A stretch of DNA of 62,761 nucleotides, counting the filler, from Vannella sp. (Eukaryota), in NCBI GenBank assembly GCA_023345925.1. It is 8 parts of 8 records of this genome, joined end to end, with 100 filler letters (N's around TTAATTAATTAA, not from the genome) between each part and the next. Parts side by side here need not be neighbours in the genome. Positions count along the whole stretch, not along the records: positions 21,311 to 27,949 come from JAJQQN010001012.1; positions 28,050 to 36,572 come from JAJQQN010000283.1; 6 more parts are not named here. One strand, given 5' to 3'. Shown piece by piece: positions 21,211-33,416 of this stretch. Every line of letters begins with the position of its first letter. Positions within the stretch are counted from its first letter, which is position 1. Made by a program: the position numbers and the translations under genes. The notes beneath the pieces are model-generated. The model saw only the letters and a program-made list of their open reading frames with translations, did not search any database and was not told where the DNA came from.

Positions 21211-21655
21211 NNNNNNNNNNNNNNNNNNNNNNNNNNNNNNNNNNNNNNNNNNNNTTAATTAATTAANNNNNNNNNNNNNNNNNNNNNNNNNNNNNNNNNN
21301 NNNNNNNNNNGAGGTGTGTTCTGGAATCAACCTGACTCGACAGTTTAAGGAGGAGAGCTCACCCTTACGTTTGCCTCGCGAGTAGGTAACTTGATCCGTC
21401 AGCCTCCCTTCCTCCCTCTCTATCTCTCACCTTTCCGGGATGGGAAGCTGCCTGACTTCGATCAAAAAACCGGATATTAACCGGTTATGACGGTACATTT
21501 CAGGTCGATCTCCGATCCACCTAATATTCGGGTTGGGCCCCAGTTTCTCGTCATTTCGAAGCCCGATCCGCTTCCTGAGAGTAGCAGAATCTATCTTGAA
21601 AAAGGAAAAGGGTGATCGAAGAAGGGCATTATTTGGTGTCTGGCAACGGGAGGCG

Positions 21656-23500
21656 ATGGACGTGACAAGGGACAACTTGGAAGAGGCTTTGCCGGTGATT
21701 CGAGAGGCGATCGCGTCTTGTGAGTTTATGGCGATGGACTTTGAGCTTTCTGGATTGTTTCCGCGTGGGCTCGCGCCCCCTGCAGCCTTTGACACGGTTC
21801 AAGAACGTTACGAGAGCGCCTCCCTTTGTGCTCGCACCTTCATTCCCGTGCAGTTTGGACTGAGTACGAACCGATGGGATGAAGCTACTCACTCGTATCA
21901 TGTTCGCTCCTTCAACTTCTACATCCATCCGCGCGTGGGGAAGAAAGGCTCCTGCTTCCTCTCTGATCTCGCCTCTCTCCAGTTCCTCTCTTCCAACCAC
22001 TTCAACTTCAACAAGCTCTTTGCAGAAGGCATTCCCTTCTTCTCTCGCGAGAAGGAAGCCACCCAAGAGGAGCAAGCAGCAGAGGAAGCTGCCATCCGCG
22101 AAGCGGAGGGCGAGCGACCAGAGATGGCTCTTGCAGAGCGTGATTTGCCCTTCATTGAGGAGACCATGGCTAAGATTGAGACGTGGAGAGCTACGGAGGA
22201 GCAGAGCCTGACGCTACCACCCTGCAACACGTACTTGGTGAGGGTCCTCTATCAAGAGGTCCCCAAACGGTTCTCAGGGCTCACGCTCTCGCGCGCCTCG
22301 ATTGACGGTTCCAAATGGCCTACCATAACAATCACACGCATTAGTGAGGAGGATCGAGCTGAAAGTGTGAAGAAGGCCGAAGAGGAGCGGTTGAGGAAAA
22401 AGGAACAATCCCGCGGCTTCTTGAGGGTGGTGGAGCTCATGTGTGCTGCTAAGAAGCCTTTATTGGGCCACAACATGCTGCTAGATCTCTGCTACTTCTA
22501 CCAGCACTTCCTTGGGAGCCTCCCCGAGACTGCAACTGAGTTTGGGGAGAACTTACTGGCTGAGTTCCCAATGTAAGGGGATCTGGATGACGGGTAGTTC
22601 AATACTGACTCAAAAGGTAGCATTGTGGACACAAAGCACCTTGCTGAATGCACGGGAGCGAGTAATACGGCACTTGGGGATCTCTTTACTGATCTGTCAA
22701 AGGTGGCGAAGCCCACAATCGGTGCGTGGCTCCCTTTGACGATCTTAAGTGTTAACACGATCTAGTGACCAACAAGGGAGACAGCAATGAAGAAGAGCAG
22801 GCTCATGAGGCGGGATACGATGCCTTTATGACAGCAATGGTGTTCCTCCGATTGTGCTACAAGTTAGACGATGACTTGGTGGCAGAAGCTCCGCTCAACT
22901 GGGAGAGCGAGAAGTTGAAGCCGGTCTGGAATAATGTCAATTTGGTCCGCTCCAGAGATAACTTCCATTTGGGGAGTGACCAAACGGAGGTTGAAGCACC
23001 AAAGAATGTTTTCCACATCTTCAACTTTGACAAGAAGACTCGCACGCAGGACATTTTCCATTGGTTCGCCAAGTACGGCAAAGTGATGGTCAATTGGAAG
23101 GATGATACTTCTGCATTCGTGACTGTTCAGGAGTTTACTGGTGTTGAGGCTCTGAATGCTGCCATGAGAAAGGGGAGCGACAAACGGTACCAGATTGAGA
23201 CTCTCGGAGATCTCCGTGATCGAGAGACTGCTGCTAAGCAGGCTGACAATGGTACGGTATTTCTTCTCCTCCTGTTATTCTTGAGCTAAGATTCATCAAG
23301 GAGCTTCAACTCCACCTCAATCAGTGCAAACCAGTCCTCCACCACGCACTCGGCGGTCGAGTCTGAAGGTTGGGCAAAAGCGTGCCCGAGCGTATTCCAT
23401 TGATATCGACGATGACGAGACTCCCTCTCTCAAGAGGCGGAGAGACAGCCAGGACTTGGACTCTTCAAGCAAAAGTCCATTTGAATGCGTTATTTGTTAA
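21656..23500 (+). CDS. PARN: Poly(A)-specific ribonuclease (CAF1/DEDD + R3H + RRM), ending in CVIC; 3 introns
   Basis: MDVTRDNLEEALP, AMDFELSG, SLQFLSSNHFNFNKLFAEGIPF, GHNMLLDL, AHEAGYDAFMT, RRM VNWKDDTSAFV. Last intron 23252-23300 gives a tail ending SPFECVIC*. Confidence 0.9.
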
Positions 23501-23625
23501 CCATTGGTCACGCCCTCAGTCTCAACAGAGCTCAACAGCGGTTGTTAAACGAAAGATTCTCCCTCCTTCTGTCTGGAATTGCGTTCAAAGTCACTTTAAC
23601 AAGAAAACGGATCAGCGAAGAGTAA

Positions 23626-26600
23626 TTAGAAGGTGAGAGTCGGGCGACCACATGCTTCAAGAATCCGGTCAGGGGTCATCGGGATGTTGAGGGTGAAGAA
23701 CTCTTTCAATCCGATTTCCTCTCGCGCTGCTCTGATAGCTTGACGGAGTGCAAGTCCAACGGAGTTAGCCAGCACTAGAGGAGGCTCTCCTGAGGCTTTA
23801 CTGCTGAGATAGCCCTTCTTGAAGGGAGTTTCTGAAAGCAACTCCACATTGAAGACTTGGGGAATGTCGCGGTAACTTGGTGGCTTGTACTCCCATGTGC
23901 CGTTGTTGATCAGTTTGCCTTCTTCATCATAACTGACTTCCTCCCGAAGCAATCGCCCCAAACCCATCACGAAAGCGCCCTCCGACTGGCCGATATCAAT
24001 TGCGGGATTGAGAGACTTACCACAATCATAAAGCAGATGAGATTCAAGGATTTCGACCTCTCCAGTGATAACATCGAGCTCCACCACACTCAAACAACCA
24101 CCAAAGATCTGATAAGCGCTTCGACCCTCCAGGAATCCAAAAGCAGAAAGATTGGCTCCACTGGAAGCAGCGTTTTGGCAGATGGCTTTCCAATCAACCG
24201 TTTTGGGTTCCTCTCCTTTGGAAATCTTTTCTTTGTTGTCCTTTTCCAACTGCTCCTTGATGGATTGGAATCGGGAGACAATCTCTCCTGCTGCAATCTC
24301 AGCCGACTCACAAGAGCCCTCTGAGCTAGTTGAACCTCCAGTAAAAGAGACGTTAGGGAGAGTGAACGAATCGAGTTGAACGCATCGCATCAAATTGACG
24401 TCGACAGGAGCCACTGGACTGAAGAGTTGACCGAGACGGCGCGAGACAGCTTGTTGGACCTTGACATGAACACCTTGGCCCATATCAGCTGCACTGTGAT
24501 GAATGGCAATAGATCCGTCGCCATAGCAGTTGACTAGAGCTGGTCTTGATTGTCCCTGAACTTGATAGCGAACGGGTGCCTTGGAAACTCCTCGCTTCTT
24601 CCAGCGGTTAGCAGTGTTAAAGTCAGCCACTTGCTCTCGAAGCAAGGTCTCATTTGCCTTCTCAGCCAGCTGATTAAAGATCTTGGGAACAGTAAAGTCG
24701 GACATGGGGGTGCCATTGGGGAGTAGCTTTCCTGCTTGAGCTTCTGCTTCATCAATAAAGTTGAGTTCGCGCACTTGCTCTACTGGCTGGCCTAAATAAT
24801 GGGCAATGTGTTCGATAATGGTTTCCATGCACCAAGATGACTCCAGTTCGCTGGGGCCTCGAACAGCTGTACGCGAGGCCTTGTTTGTTTGAATAAGTTG
24901 GCTCTCAAGGTGGAACTTTGGTAGGTCGTACGATTGAGAGAAGCTTGAGACGAAAGCATAGTTGCAGAAACCGCTGAGTCCCTTGTCGATTCCGCTGTTC
25001 AAGTCAGCTGCCATCTTAATGCCCGAAATCTTTCCTTTGGCGTCGAATCCTACTTCGTAGTTCACCTCAATTTCCTCGCGCCCACCAGCCAGTCTCGTGT
25101 CAGTGTTGCGTCCCAAAGCAACTCGTACTTCTCTACGGAGCTTGTAAGCAGCAACTGCGGTTGCAGTTGCCACAAGGGCAGCGTGGGTAGCCTTGCCACC
25201 AAAAGCTCCGCCCATTCGGCGACAAATCAATTGGATCTTGTTGTGAGGTAAGCCCAAGGCAGTTGCTAGGGCATGCTGAGTTCCTTTTGGATACTGGTTT
25301 GCTGAGTGAATGATAACACTTCCATCCTCATCAATTCGAGTATTGGACACTTGTGGCTCCATGTAGAAGTGGAGTTGCGAGTCCAATGTTAATCCCCCAC
25401 TCAATCGATGAACAGAGCCCTCCAAACTCGTTGTAATTTCGGTCTCAGTGCCATTTTTGTACTCGTTTTTGGCAGTTCCGTCGAAGTTGAGACCAGCCGC
25501 CTTTGCTCCTGCAGTATCGAGAAAAGCTTTCTCTGCTTTGTACGTGACCTTCACTAGTTTGGTGGCAGCTTCAGCGTGTCGTTGAGTATCCGCAATGATA
25601 AGACCGATTGGCTGTCCGTGGTAATGTACCTTCTTATCTGCAAAGATAGGATGCTCCTCTCCGGTGACACTGGTGTTGTTCTTACCAGGAACATCCCCTC
25701 CACTGACCCAGTCAATGACACCAGGGGCCTTCAGTGCCTCGGAAACATCAATGCTAACCACTTCAGCATGAACCACGTCACTGGAAAAGAACGCTCCAAA
25801 CACACAATTGGCAGCTGGCATGTCATCAATGAAGACGGCATCTCCGGATGCTAAGTTTGGTCCACAAGGGCGAGAAATAGCCTGACCGACTGGCGCATCC
25901 TCGACAGAGAAAGCGTGCTTCTGGGAAGCTTTGCTGACAGGACGGGTCTTGAAGAAGTCTAAAGCAGCAGATTGAAGGCGTGCGGGGCCAGCTAGTTGAG
26001 AAACAAAGAACTTGTAAAAGAAAGAGCGGACTAACTGCTGTCGGGCAGCTTTCTTTTCATCCCCTTTGATGACAATCTCCTCTTCAAGCACTTTCATGGC
26101 AGCGTTGAGTGTTTCAGCAGTGATTGGCTTTCCTTTAAGGAACTCTGCTGTCTTAACAGCGAGAATGGGATGAGATCCAGACACGTCACTCCTCTGGACA
26201 CCTCCAAAGGCAAGAGTGATATCAGAAATGTTGTCTCCCTCGCGGGTGAGAAGGAATGCAGCATTGATGAGGGCGTGGGCATTGACAGGACGAATAGCAG
26301 TCTTGTAGGAGTTGAATATTTGGTTCTCCCCAAGCAAAGGGATCCGAACGGACCGAAGAATCTCTCCATTCCATTCAGGAGTGCTCAGAAACTCTTCTAC
26401 CGTCACTTCGCGGGAAGCAGAAGCCGACTGAAGAGTGATGATAGCTCTGGCACCAAGAAGAACAGTCCCAAGATCAGACAAGAAGCCCTGCGCCTTAGCC
26501 ATGGCGAGATTGCCAGCGATTGAGCCGGAATTACGGATGTGCGTGCTCGCTATGCGTTCCATATGGAACACTAAAGCGGTAAAGAAGGACTGGTTATGGT

Positions 26601-27649
26601 TCCCTCCCACATTTTGGGCTTTGGCTGTCTCAAAGAGCTTCATCAACTTGGCAACGGACGTGTTTGCCCCAGCAACGATACTTGACTCCTCAATCGAAGT
26701 CTCATTGAGTTGAGGAACGTGTTGAACGTCTATCAGAAGGGTGCTGGGGTCCTCCTTGTAGATCCCCACGGAAGTGTTGGACACGACCAAGCGGGACTCT
26801 GGTGTTTGGGGTTAGTTTGAGAGAGTTACGAGTGCTATCACATACTAGGCAATGCTAGAAGCTCAAAGATACTCTCTAAAGTAACAGCACGGACCCAAGT
26901 CAGTCCGTCCTTCTCAAAACGCGCCGCAGAAGTCTGTCGATTCTCCAAGAAGCTCGGGAAGCACTTCTCCTTGGGAGCACATTTGGCATAGGGCTCTGTA
27001 GAAGTCTTGCGACACACCAGGTCCTCGATGTCGGCCCCCTGACTCAGGGACTTGCAAGCATCAAGGATTGGGCGATATCCCGTACAACGGCAGATGTTCC
27101 CGTCAAAGACCTTCTCCATAGCTGCAGGACTAATATCTCCCTATTATAGTGTCAGTTGAACCTCCCGGAGGAAGGAGGGGCTCACCTTGCTCTCTGCAAG
27201 GGCGGAATAAGCGGTCATCACCATGCCTGGGGTACAGAAGCCGCACTGAAGCCTGTAGGAAGGAGAATCAGAAGGTGTGATGAGATGTCTATGGGTTCCA
27301 TTGAGTCTCACCCGTTGAAGCCAGCGATCCGCTCTTGGATGGGGTGGAAGCCGTCTTTCGGGCCTCCAAGACCTTCCGTGGTGGTGATAGAGCAGCCATC
27401 TAAAGCTGCAAGGGGGCGCAGACAAGAGTTGATGGACATATGAGAGACTTGGCCATCAGAACCCAAGCGCGCCACATCCACAGCACAAGCCCCGCAACCT
27501 CCTTCCCCACAGCTCAGTTTAGTCCCCGAGAAGGGTGTCTGGCGGCGGATAAAGTCGTTCAAAGTTACAGAGGGGTCCACACTCTCTGCAGGAAGGCGAT
27601 ATTCCCTCCCGTTCACGGCGAACAAGAGGTCTGACGAGCTCGTCGACAT
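23626..27649 (-). CDS. Molybdo-flavoenzyme of the xanthine oxidase family, aldehyde-oxidase-like; multi-exon
   Basis: 2Fe-2S GTKLSCGEGGCGAC, QCGFCTPG, GNICRCTGYRPI; FAD IRNSGSIAGN; Moco HFYMEPQ, GGAFGGK, SLNPAIDIGQSEGAFVMGLG, SKASGEPP. Confidence 0.93.
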
Positions 27650-28057
27650 CCAACTGCGAAGAAAAGAGTGATATCACCATGGTGGCTGCTTTCAATGAAG
27701 TGTAGATGACTGGATTATCACTCTGGTTGACCAATTGCACCGAAAGAAGCGAGGAAGTGATTCACTTTAACTGAGAGAGCCTCTTGCCGAGAGGAAGACG
27801 TTGTTCCAAGAGGTTGTCACACAACCGTTATCAGTAGTGGGAGTCCTGTGAAGCTTTCGGTTCCAAAGTGGGAGGGCATGCAGATCCTGGGAAGTGGTCT
27901 TGGATGTAGTTGCAGTGACGGCTTGATACCGAGAAGAGGTTGAATGAGANNNNNNNNNNNNNNNNNNNNNNNNNNNNNNNNNNNNNNNNNNNNTTAATTA
28001 ATTAANNNNNNNNNNNNNNNNNNNNNNNNNNNNNNNNNNNNNNNNNNNNTTTTGGGA

Positions 28058-29308
28058 ATGGCGGGGAAAAGGTCTTTGGCGGAGATGGACTCAGAAGAGA
28101 CCGTTACTCTTCAAGAGGTGTTTTTGGAGCATGAGCGGCTGGAGAAAGAAGCGGCTCAGGCTTTGGAGGAACAGTGGGGGGAAGAAGGGTGTTGCACCTT
28201 TGAGCAAGGATCGATTAACCAAAATGTGTTTGCTTGCGCCACTTGCCAGGCCATTCCTGGTAACCAGCCTTCGTTTGGCTTTTGCTTTGGCTGCAGCATG
28301 CAGTGCCATGTTGGCCACGAAGTTTACGAGCTATTCCAGAAGCGAAACTTCCGCTGTGATTGCGGCGTTTCGCAGTGCGGGTCGTGCGAGCTACTTCCAA
28401 AGGAAAATGAGTTCTCCTCCTCTGTCAACACCTACAATCACAACTTCCAAGGCCGCTACTGCCTGTGTGATGGCAGGTGAGTCGAGTGACTCCCTCGCAA
28501 TGACTTATGAGGAGAATAGTTACAACCCTGACACAGATGAGATGCTCCAGTGCTATTTTTGTCAAGATTGGTTTCACGTTGAGTGTTTAGAGCTCGCTGT
28601 TGTGGGAGGGAAAGAAGTAGCCACTGAGGGAGAGCCTCCGAAAGACTTCAAATTCGTTCCTTTGGATCGGGAGTCGGGCAACATGATTTGTATCTCCTGC
28701 TCAAAGGAGCACCCCTTCCTGAACGACTACCAGCACCTTCAGATAGTCCTTCCTGCTTTAGTTCCAGAAGAACCTTCAAAGAATGAGGAAGGAGAAGCAA
28801 ACTCTTCTCTTGAGGAACCTCTTTGTCTCAGGAAAAAGACAAAATCTTCACCAGCTTGGCAATGGCCGAGCGAATACGCAACTTTCTGGCAGCGAGGATG
28901 GCTCAAAAGTCTGTGTTCTTGTGAGGAGTGCGAATTGATGTACCAAACAGAGAAAGTCGCTTTCCTTTTGGAAGAGAGAGATGGCGATCTGGAGAGCAGC
29001 ATAGAAACGACTACTGCTCAAGGAGTCAATTTAATGCAAAATGGTCTGGATGTATTGAGAACGCTGGTTCCCAACCAAGCCCATCAACTGGACATTCTTC
29101 ATGAATTCGACTCGATGAGGAGCCAGCTGAATGATTACCTAGGATCTCTGCATCAATCCAACACTGTGGTGACAAAGGCAGTAAGCAGAAAGAGAATATC
29201 TCGACCTCACTGGGAAAGAGAATATCTGGAACTCACTTTCCACAGCACATTGACGAGTTCTTCCAACAGCTGAAGGAGAACAAAAGCAAGCGCCAACGGA
29301 TTGAATAA
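28058..29308 (+). CDS. UBR7: UBR-box + PHD E3 ligase UBR7; 2 introns
   Basis: CTFEQG..QNVFACATC..CFGCSMQCHVGHEVYELFQKRNFRCDCG, NTYNHNFQGRYCLC, MLQCYFCQDWFH; last exon HIDEFFQQLK. Confidence 0.9.
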
Positions 29309-29313
29309 CGCTT

Positions 29314-30404
29314 TTATTCCACTTGGTCATCCAGGTGGACCCCGTCCATGTCAGGTAAAAGACTTGGCAACCGGGAAACAGCCAAACTGACCACAAGGGG
29401 GAAGTGAGACGCGCTCAAGTGACTGTAAACTGGACTCTTGATAAGCCTAGGTTCTCCTTTGCCTTTCACAGGAGCAGAACCCTCAACTGGCCCCTTCTGG
29501 ACAGGATGAGAAGGACTTCTGGCGGTTAGACGAGGGTCTGGGAAGCGCAGGTCGCTAAAGTCAAGGTAGTAGCACTCTGGAATGGACTCTGTGAAGAATG
29601 CAAGGCTACTGAATGCCAGAGTCGTGCGCATGTCCACTTCTGTAGTGAGATGGCTGGGATAGACGAAGCGGGAGCTTGTCGAAAAGCTTTGTTGAGTCGG
29701 GTGGTGCGCACGGAAGCAGTCTACCATGCCTATCTTTTGCAGTGCTTGCAGCCACTCTCGATCGTGAGGGAGGTGGGCCGGAGGGTTGGCAAGGAGCCCT
29801 TGAACGTCAATTTGTTGTGGCGGAATGCCAAAGTCTCCGACTAGGAGCACCTGGCGGCCTGCTTCTTGAAGCTTGAGACAGTAATCGTAAATCTCTCTCT
29901 GGAGACGGGCTCGAGACAGCACACGGTGACCCTCTCGGCCACAAGGAGGAAGGTAAAGGTTGATCAGGACGAAATGTTCGTGATCACTCACGACCAGGCG
30001 GCCAGGATTGTTGAATATGGGATGTGAAGGTAACGGAACAACAGGAGTGTAGTTATGAGAGCAAAACTGATGAGGTCGAGCACGCAGGAGCGTCGAGTCG
30101 AGGGCAACAGGCAAAGACTTGCGAGAGAAGGTACAAGCACCCCCATTCTGCACCTCTGTCGGACACGTTGCCCAGAAGGATCGATAGCGATCGATACGCC
30201 GCTTGGAGAGCAACGGCAGATCCCGGCTGGTGACTCGGTGGTTCTGGAAGAGCAACAGCTCCGGCTTCTTCAACCGAGCGAACAACCAATCCAACGAGTA
30301 AGGCATAGAACGGAAACCTACACCCCCTCCACTTCAGTGCTATCCCACCCGTCCCCGGCCTACGAACCGCCCGCGTTCCAAGACACCAAAAGGCTGCTGG
30401 TCAT
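29314..30404 (-). CDS. ExoIII/AP-endonuclease (EEP) fold protein with degenerate catalytic motifs
   Basis: LVSWNAGG (first exon), LLLFQNHR, LINLYLP, VLLVGDFGI, MVDCFRAHHP, SASHFPLV follow the ExoIII motif order. Confidence 0.75.
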
Positions 30405-30445
30405 GAGAAAGTGAGGAATCTCTATATTACACTGCTTTGCAGAGC

Positions 30446-33280
30446 CTAACTAACGCTTTCTAAGCGCATGGAACGATGCCGTTGCTCTTCTTCTGTCATG
30501 CAGATGGGGGAGAGGACGTAGGCTTGGAGGGAGGGGACAATCGTCAATCGGTATTCTCCGCCGCGGCACTTCTCCAGGGAGAACATCACACTGGCTGTGA
30601 ATCGCAGCTTTTTGAGGTTAACGAGAGTTGTGTCATCTTTGTAGTCTTTGTTGCCGTCTCCCACAAAGACCAAGTCGGTCAGGAAGATTCCAATGTAAGG
30701 CACACAAGGTGCCTCGGCCTCTTTCAGCGTCCTTCGGTACGTGGCAAAGTTGTTTTTGTTGGACATGAGCTCGTTTAAGCTATCCCAAAGATCCCATGTC
30801 TTTGAAGGCAACAACTAGAGCCAATTGGTGAGTTCCTTTCGTGTGGAATGCCCTTTCAGTGACTTACGTCCCAAGTGTCGCGGAGGCGGTAAATAGGAGC
30901 ACTTTGAAGGCCTGAGATGATCGCCATAACTGCATTGAAGTTTCTGAGAGCTCGAGACTCCTTTGGGACGGGTAAGAAGGACCATTTCCCCCAAAATGGA
31001 CTCTCTTACCTCAGCTATGATTATCAGTCGGTGAAGGATGATGGCGCGCTCCTTCAAATTACCAGAGCGTAGTACTTCAGTGGATGCCCAATTACAGGTG
31101 GAGTTAAATCGGTCAATCATCGCCACCACGTTCGGAGAACGCTCCAGCTTGTCCTCTCGCGTCCAACCCTGTTTAGCATATTCAGCCGGTGCAATCTTGT
31201 CAAAGATAACTTTCTCTGCCATAGCTAATTGTCGGGCCACCTCTGTTGGATGAAGATTGATCAGCTTCAAGTCCTGGCCCACCTTGGGAAGGAAAGGTTT
31301 TGGGATTTTGGCGCGCTTCCCCGCCACTTTGTTTTTCTCCTCTGAGATCTGAGAGGACATGTCAGGTGGAATGATTTGATGGCCAACACCTCGATTGACA
31401 AGTGAAGCGAAGACAGTGGACTTGCTATGCTGTGAGACAAACTCCATAAAGTGGGCGAGAAGGTAAAGAATGCGGTTGTTCCCTGAAAAGTCACAGAACC
31501 AGTACTTCTCCACCCAAATGCCAAGAATTACTAAAATACGGTTGCGGATAGAGTTGGCCTGACTAGTCCAGTCGGTCCCATCGCTTGGAGTGGCATAGGC
31601 ACGGCACATGAAAAGCTCGAAAAGGTCACTTGCAGAGATGAAGTTACGATAGGTTAACAAGAACACAGACAGTAGAAGAGCATCTGAAGATATTTTGGGG
31701 TGTGTGAGTCGCTGTATCAGCTTGAAGATAGTAGCGGAAGCGATATTCGAGTTGGGATCCTCTCCCTGCCCGGCTTCCTCCATTTCTAATGTGAGGGCAT
31801 CATCAGCCTCAAATTCCTCCCAAAAGAGATTGGGCTGATGTTCGTTCTTCAATTTGACTCCTAAAGCTGAGTGGCGGCGGATTTCGTCGATGAATTCAGT
31901 CTCTGAGGAAACTGGGGTTTGTTCTCGAACCATTCCGAGAGCTCGGCTGCCTTCTTCTCCATAAAAGTCTGTTGAGTTACGCATTAGACTATTAAGATCT
32001 GTCGCTTCCCCTGCTGGAACCAGAGATACTCCAGATGCATCGGGCCCTTTCCCTTTCATCAGCTTCAGGATCTTCATCTTCTTCTTCCCACTCATCTCCA
32101 GTTCTCCAGAGTCAGTTGCCTTCTTCCTGTCAGGATCGGGAGTGGAAGCTGCAGGGTTAATCTTGCTGGATCCTGTGATGCTCATACTTCGCCGTCTGGC
32201 TGCCCGTCCCACAGAAAGCTCTCTGCGTAGTTTCCCCTTCTTTGTAGGAGGGCTTCGCGAACCCTTGGCATCAATCGCCTGCCGATGCTCAAGCACGAGC
32301 TCATCAAAGAGGCTTTCGTAGTTGGCCGGGGTAACGGTCTCGTTCTCTCGCTCATTCGGTCCACTCTGTACTGCAAAGTGACGCATACGCTGTGACTCCA
32401 TGCTAGGGGCTTCGTAGATGTTAAGGAAGGATCTGCGCTCTGTTGCTCGCGAGGAGAGAGCCTCCAAAGGGGAATCTCGGATTTCGCTTTCCAAGTCCTC
32501 CCAGTTGACGTTCGAGTGCGTCTTGAACGCTTCCATCTGGTCTTCGTCTCCATCTTCGTAGTCTTCCTCCACCTCTTCACTGAGAGCCGGACGCGCGTCC
32601 CTGGGAGGGGGAGGCGGAGGGTTCTTAGGCGAAGGTGGGATGGAAGAGGTGCTATTTCCTCGTTGTGACATCGCAGGAGCTGTTTGGGAGGGTAACGACA
32701 ATCCATCAAAGCTCACACGGCTCCCTGCAACCGGAGAAAACTGGAAACCAACTGCTGAGGCTGCTGAATTGGAACGGACGGGTACCAAGGAATGCGCTGT
32801 ACGTGGTGTGAGCATGGGGAGCTCTATAGGAGGAGCGGCCTGTCGTCTTGCGTGCATCCTCGCTGCCGCTTGCTCCAACTCGAGAACAACGTTCGGTGTA
32901 AGCGGTGCTGGCAGTCGCAGTGGATCGACAGGAAAGTCAGTAAGTACAGGGAGTGCGTTAGACCTTTCTCGCGTGGTCACTGCAGGCATCCGAGGAGGAA
33001 CAGGAGGTAGAACGGGGGGCGGCGGTGTTGTACTCTCATACGTCATTAAAGGCTCGTTCTCTCTCCAGAGAGGCGCCATCACACCAGATTGGGCTACGCT
33101 GGGAACTAGAATGCTGCTCTGAGAGGAACGGGAGCTTGGAGTTCCCACGCTTGGAGGGAGAGGCAACCTCAAAGTGCTATCGTCCTCCGTCTCCTTCAGG
33201 GGTGGTGGTCTTTGTTGCTGAATGGGTGAGCCAGAAGCATAGCCATCTTCCAGCTCGCTCCCCAAAGGCAGACCACTCAT
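30446..33280 (-). CDS. RasGEF (REM + CDC25 domain) with a long Pro/Ser-rich N-terminus; start could be 33280, 33352 or 33382
   Basis: ATIFKLIQRLT, VFLLTYRNF, LHPTEVARQL, SPNVVAMIDRFN, PCVPYIGIFLTDLVFVGDGN, VNLKK. Confidence 0.92.
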
Positions 33281-33416
33281 CGACAGCCTCCCTTCCAACT
33301 CCAAATGAAGATAAACCAAATCGCACTTCCCAGCCCTTTCCTTCTGCCCCATAAAAAATCGCTTATTTTTAAGCAAGGACATTTTCGAGGGTTTTTGGTG
33401 TCATTGTTGGAGCGCC

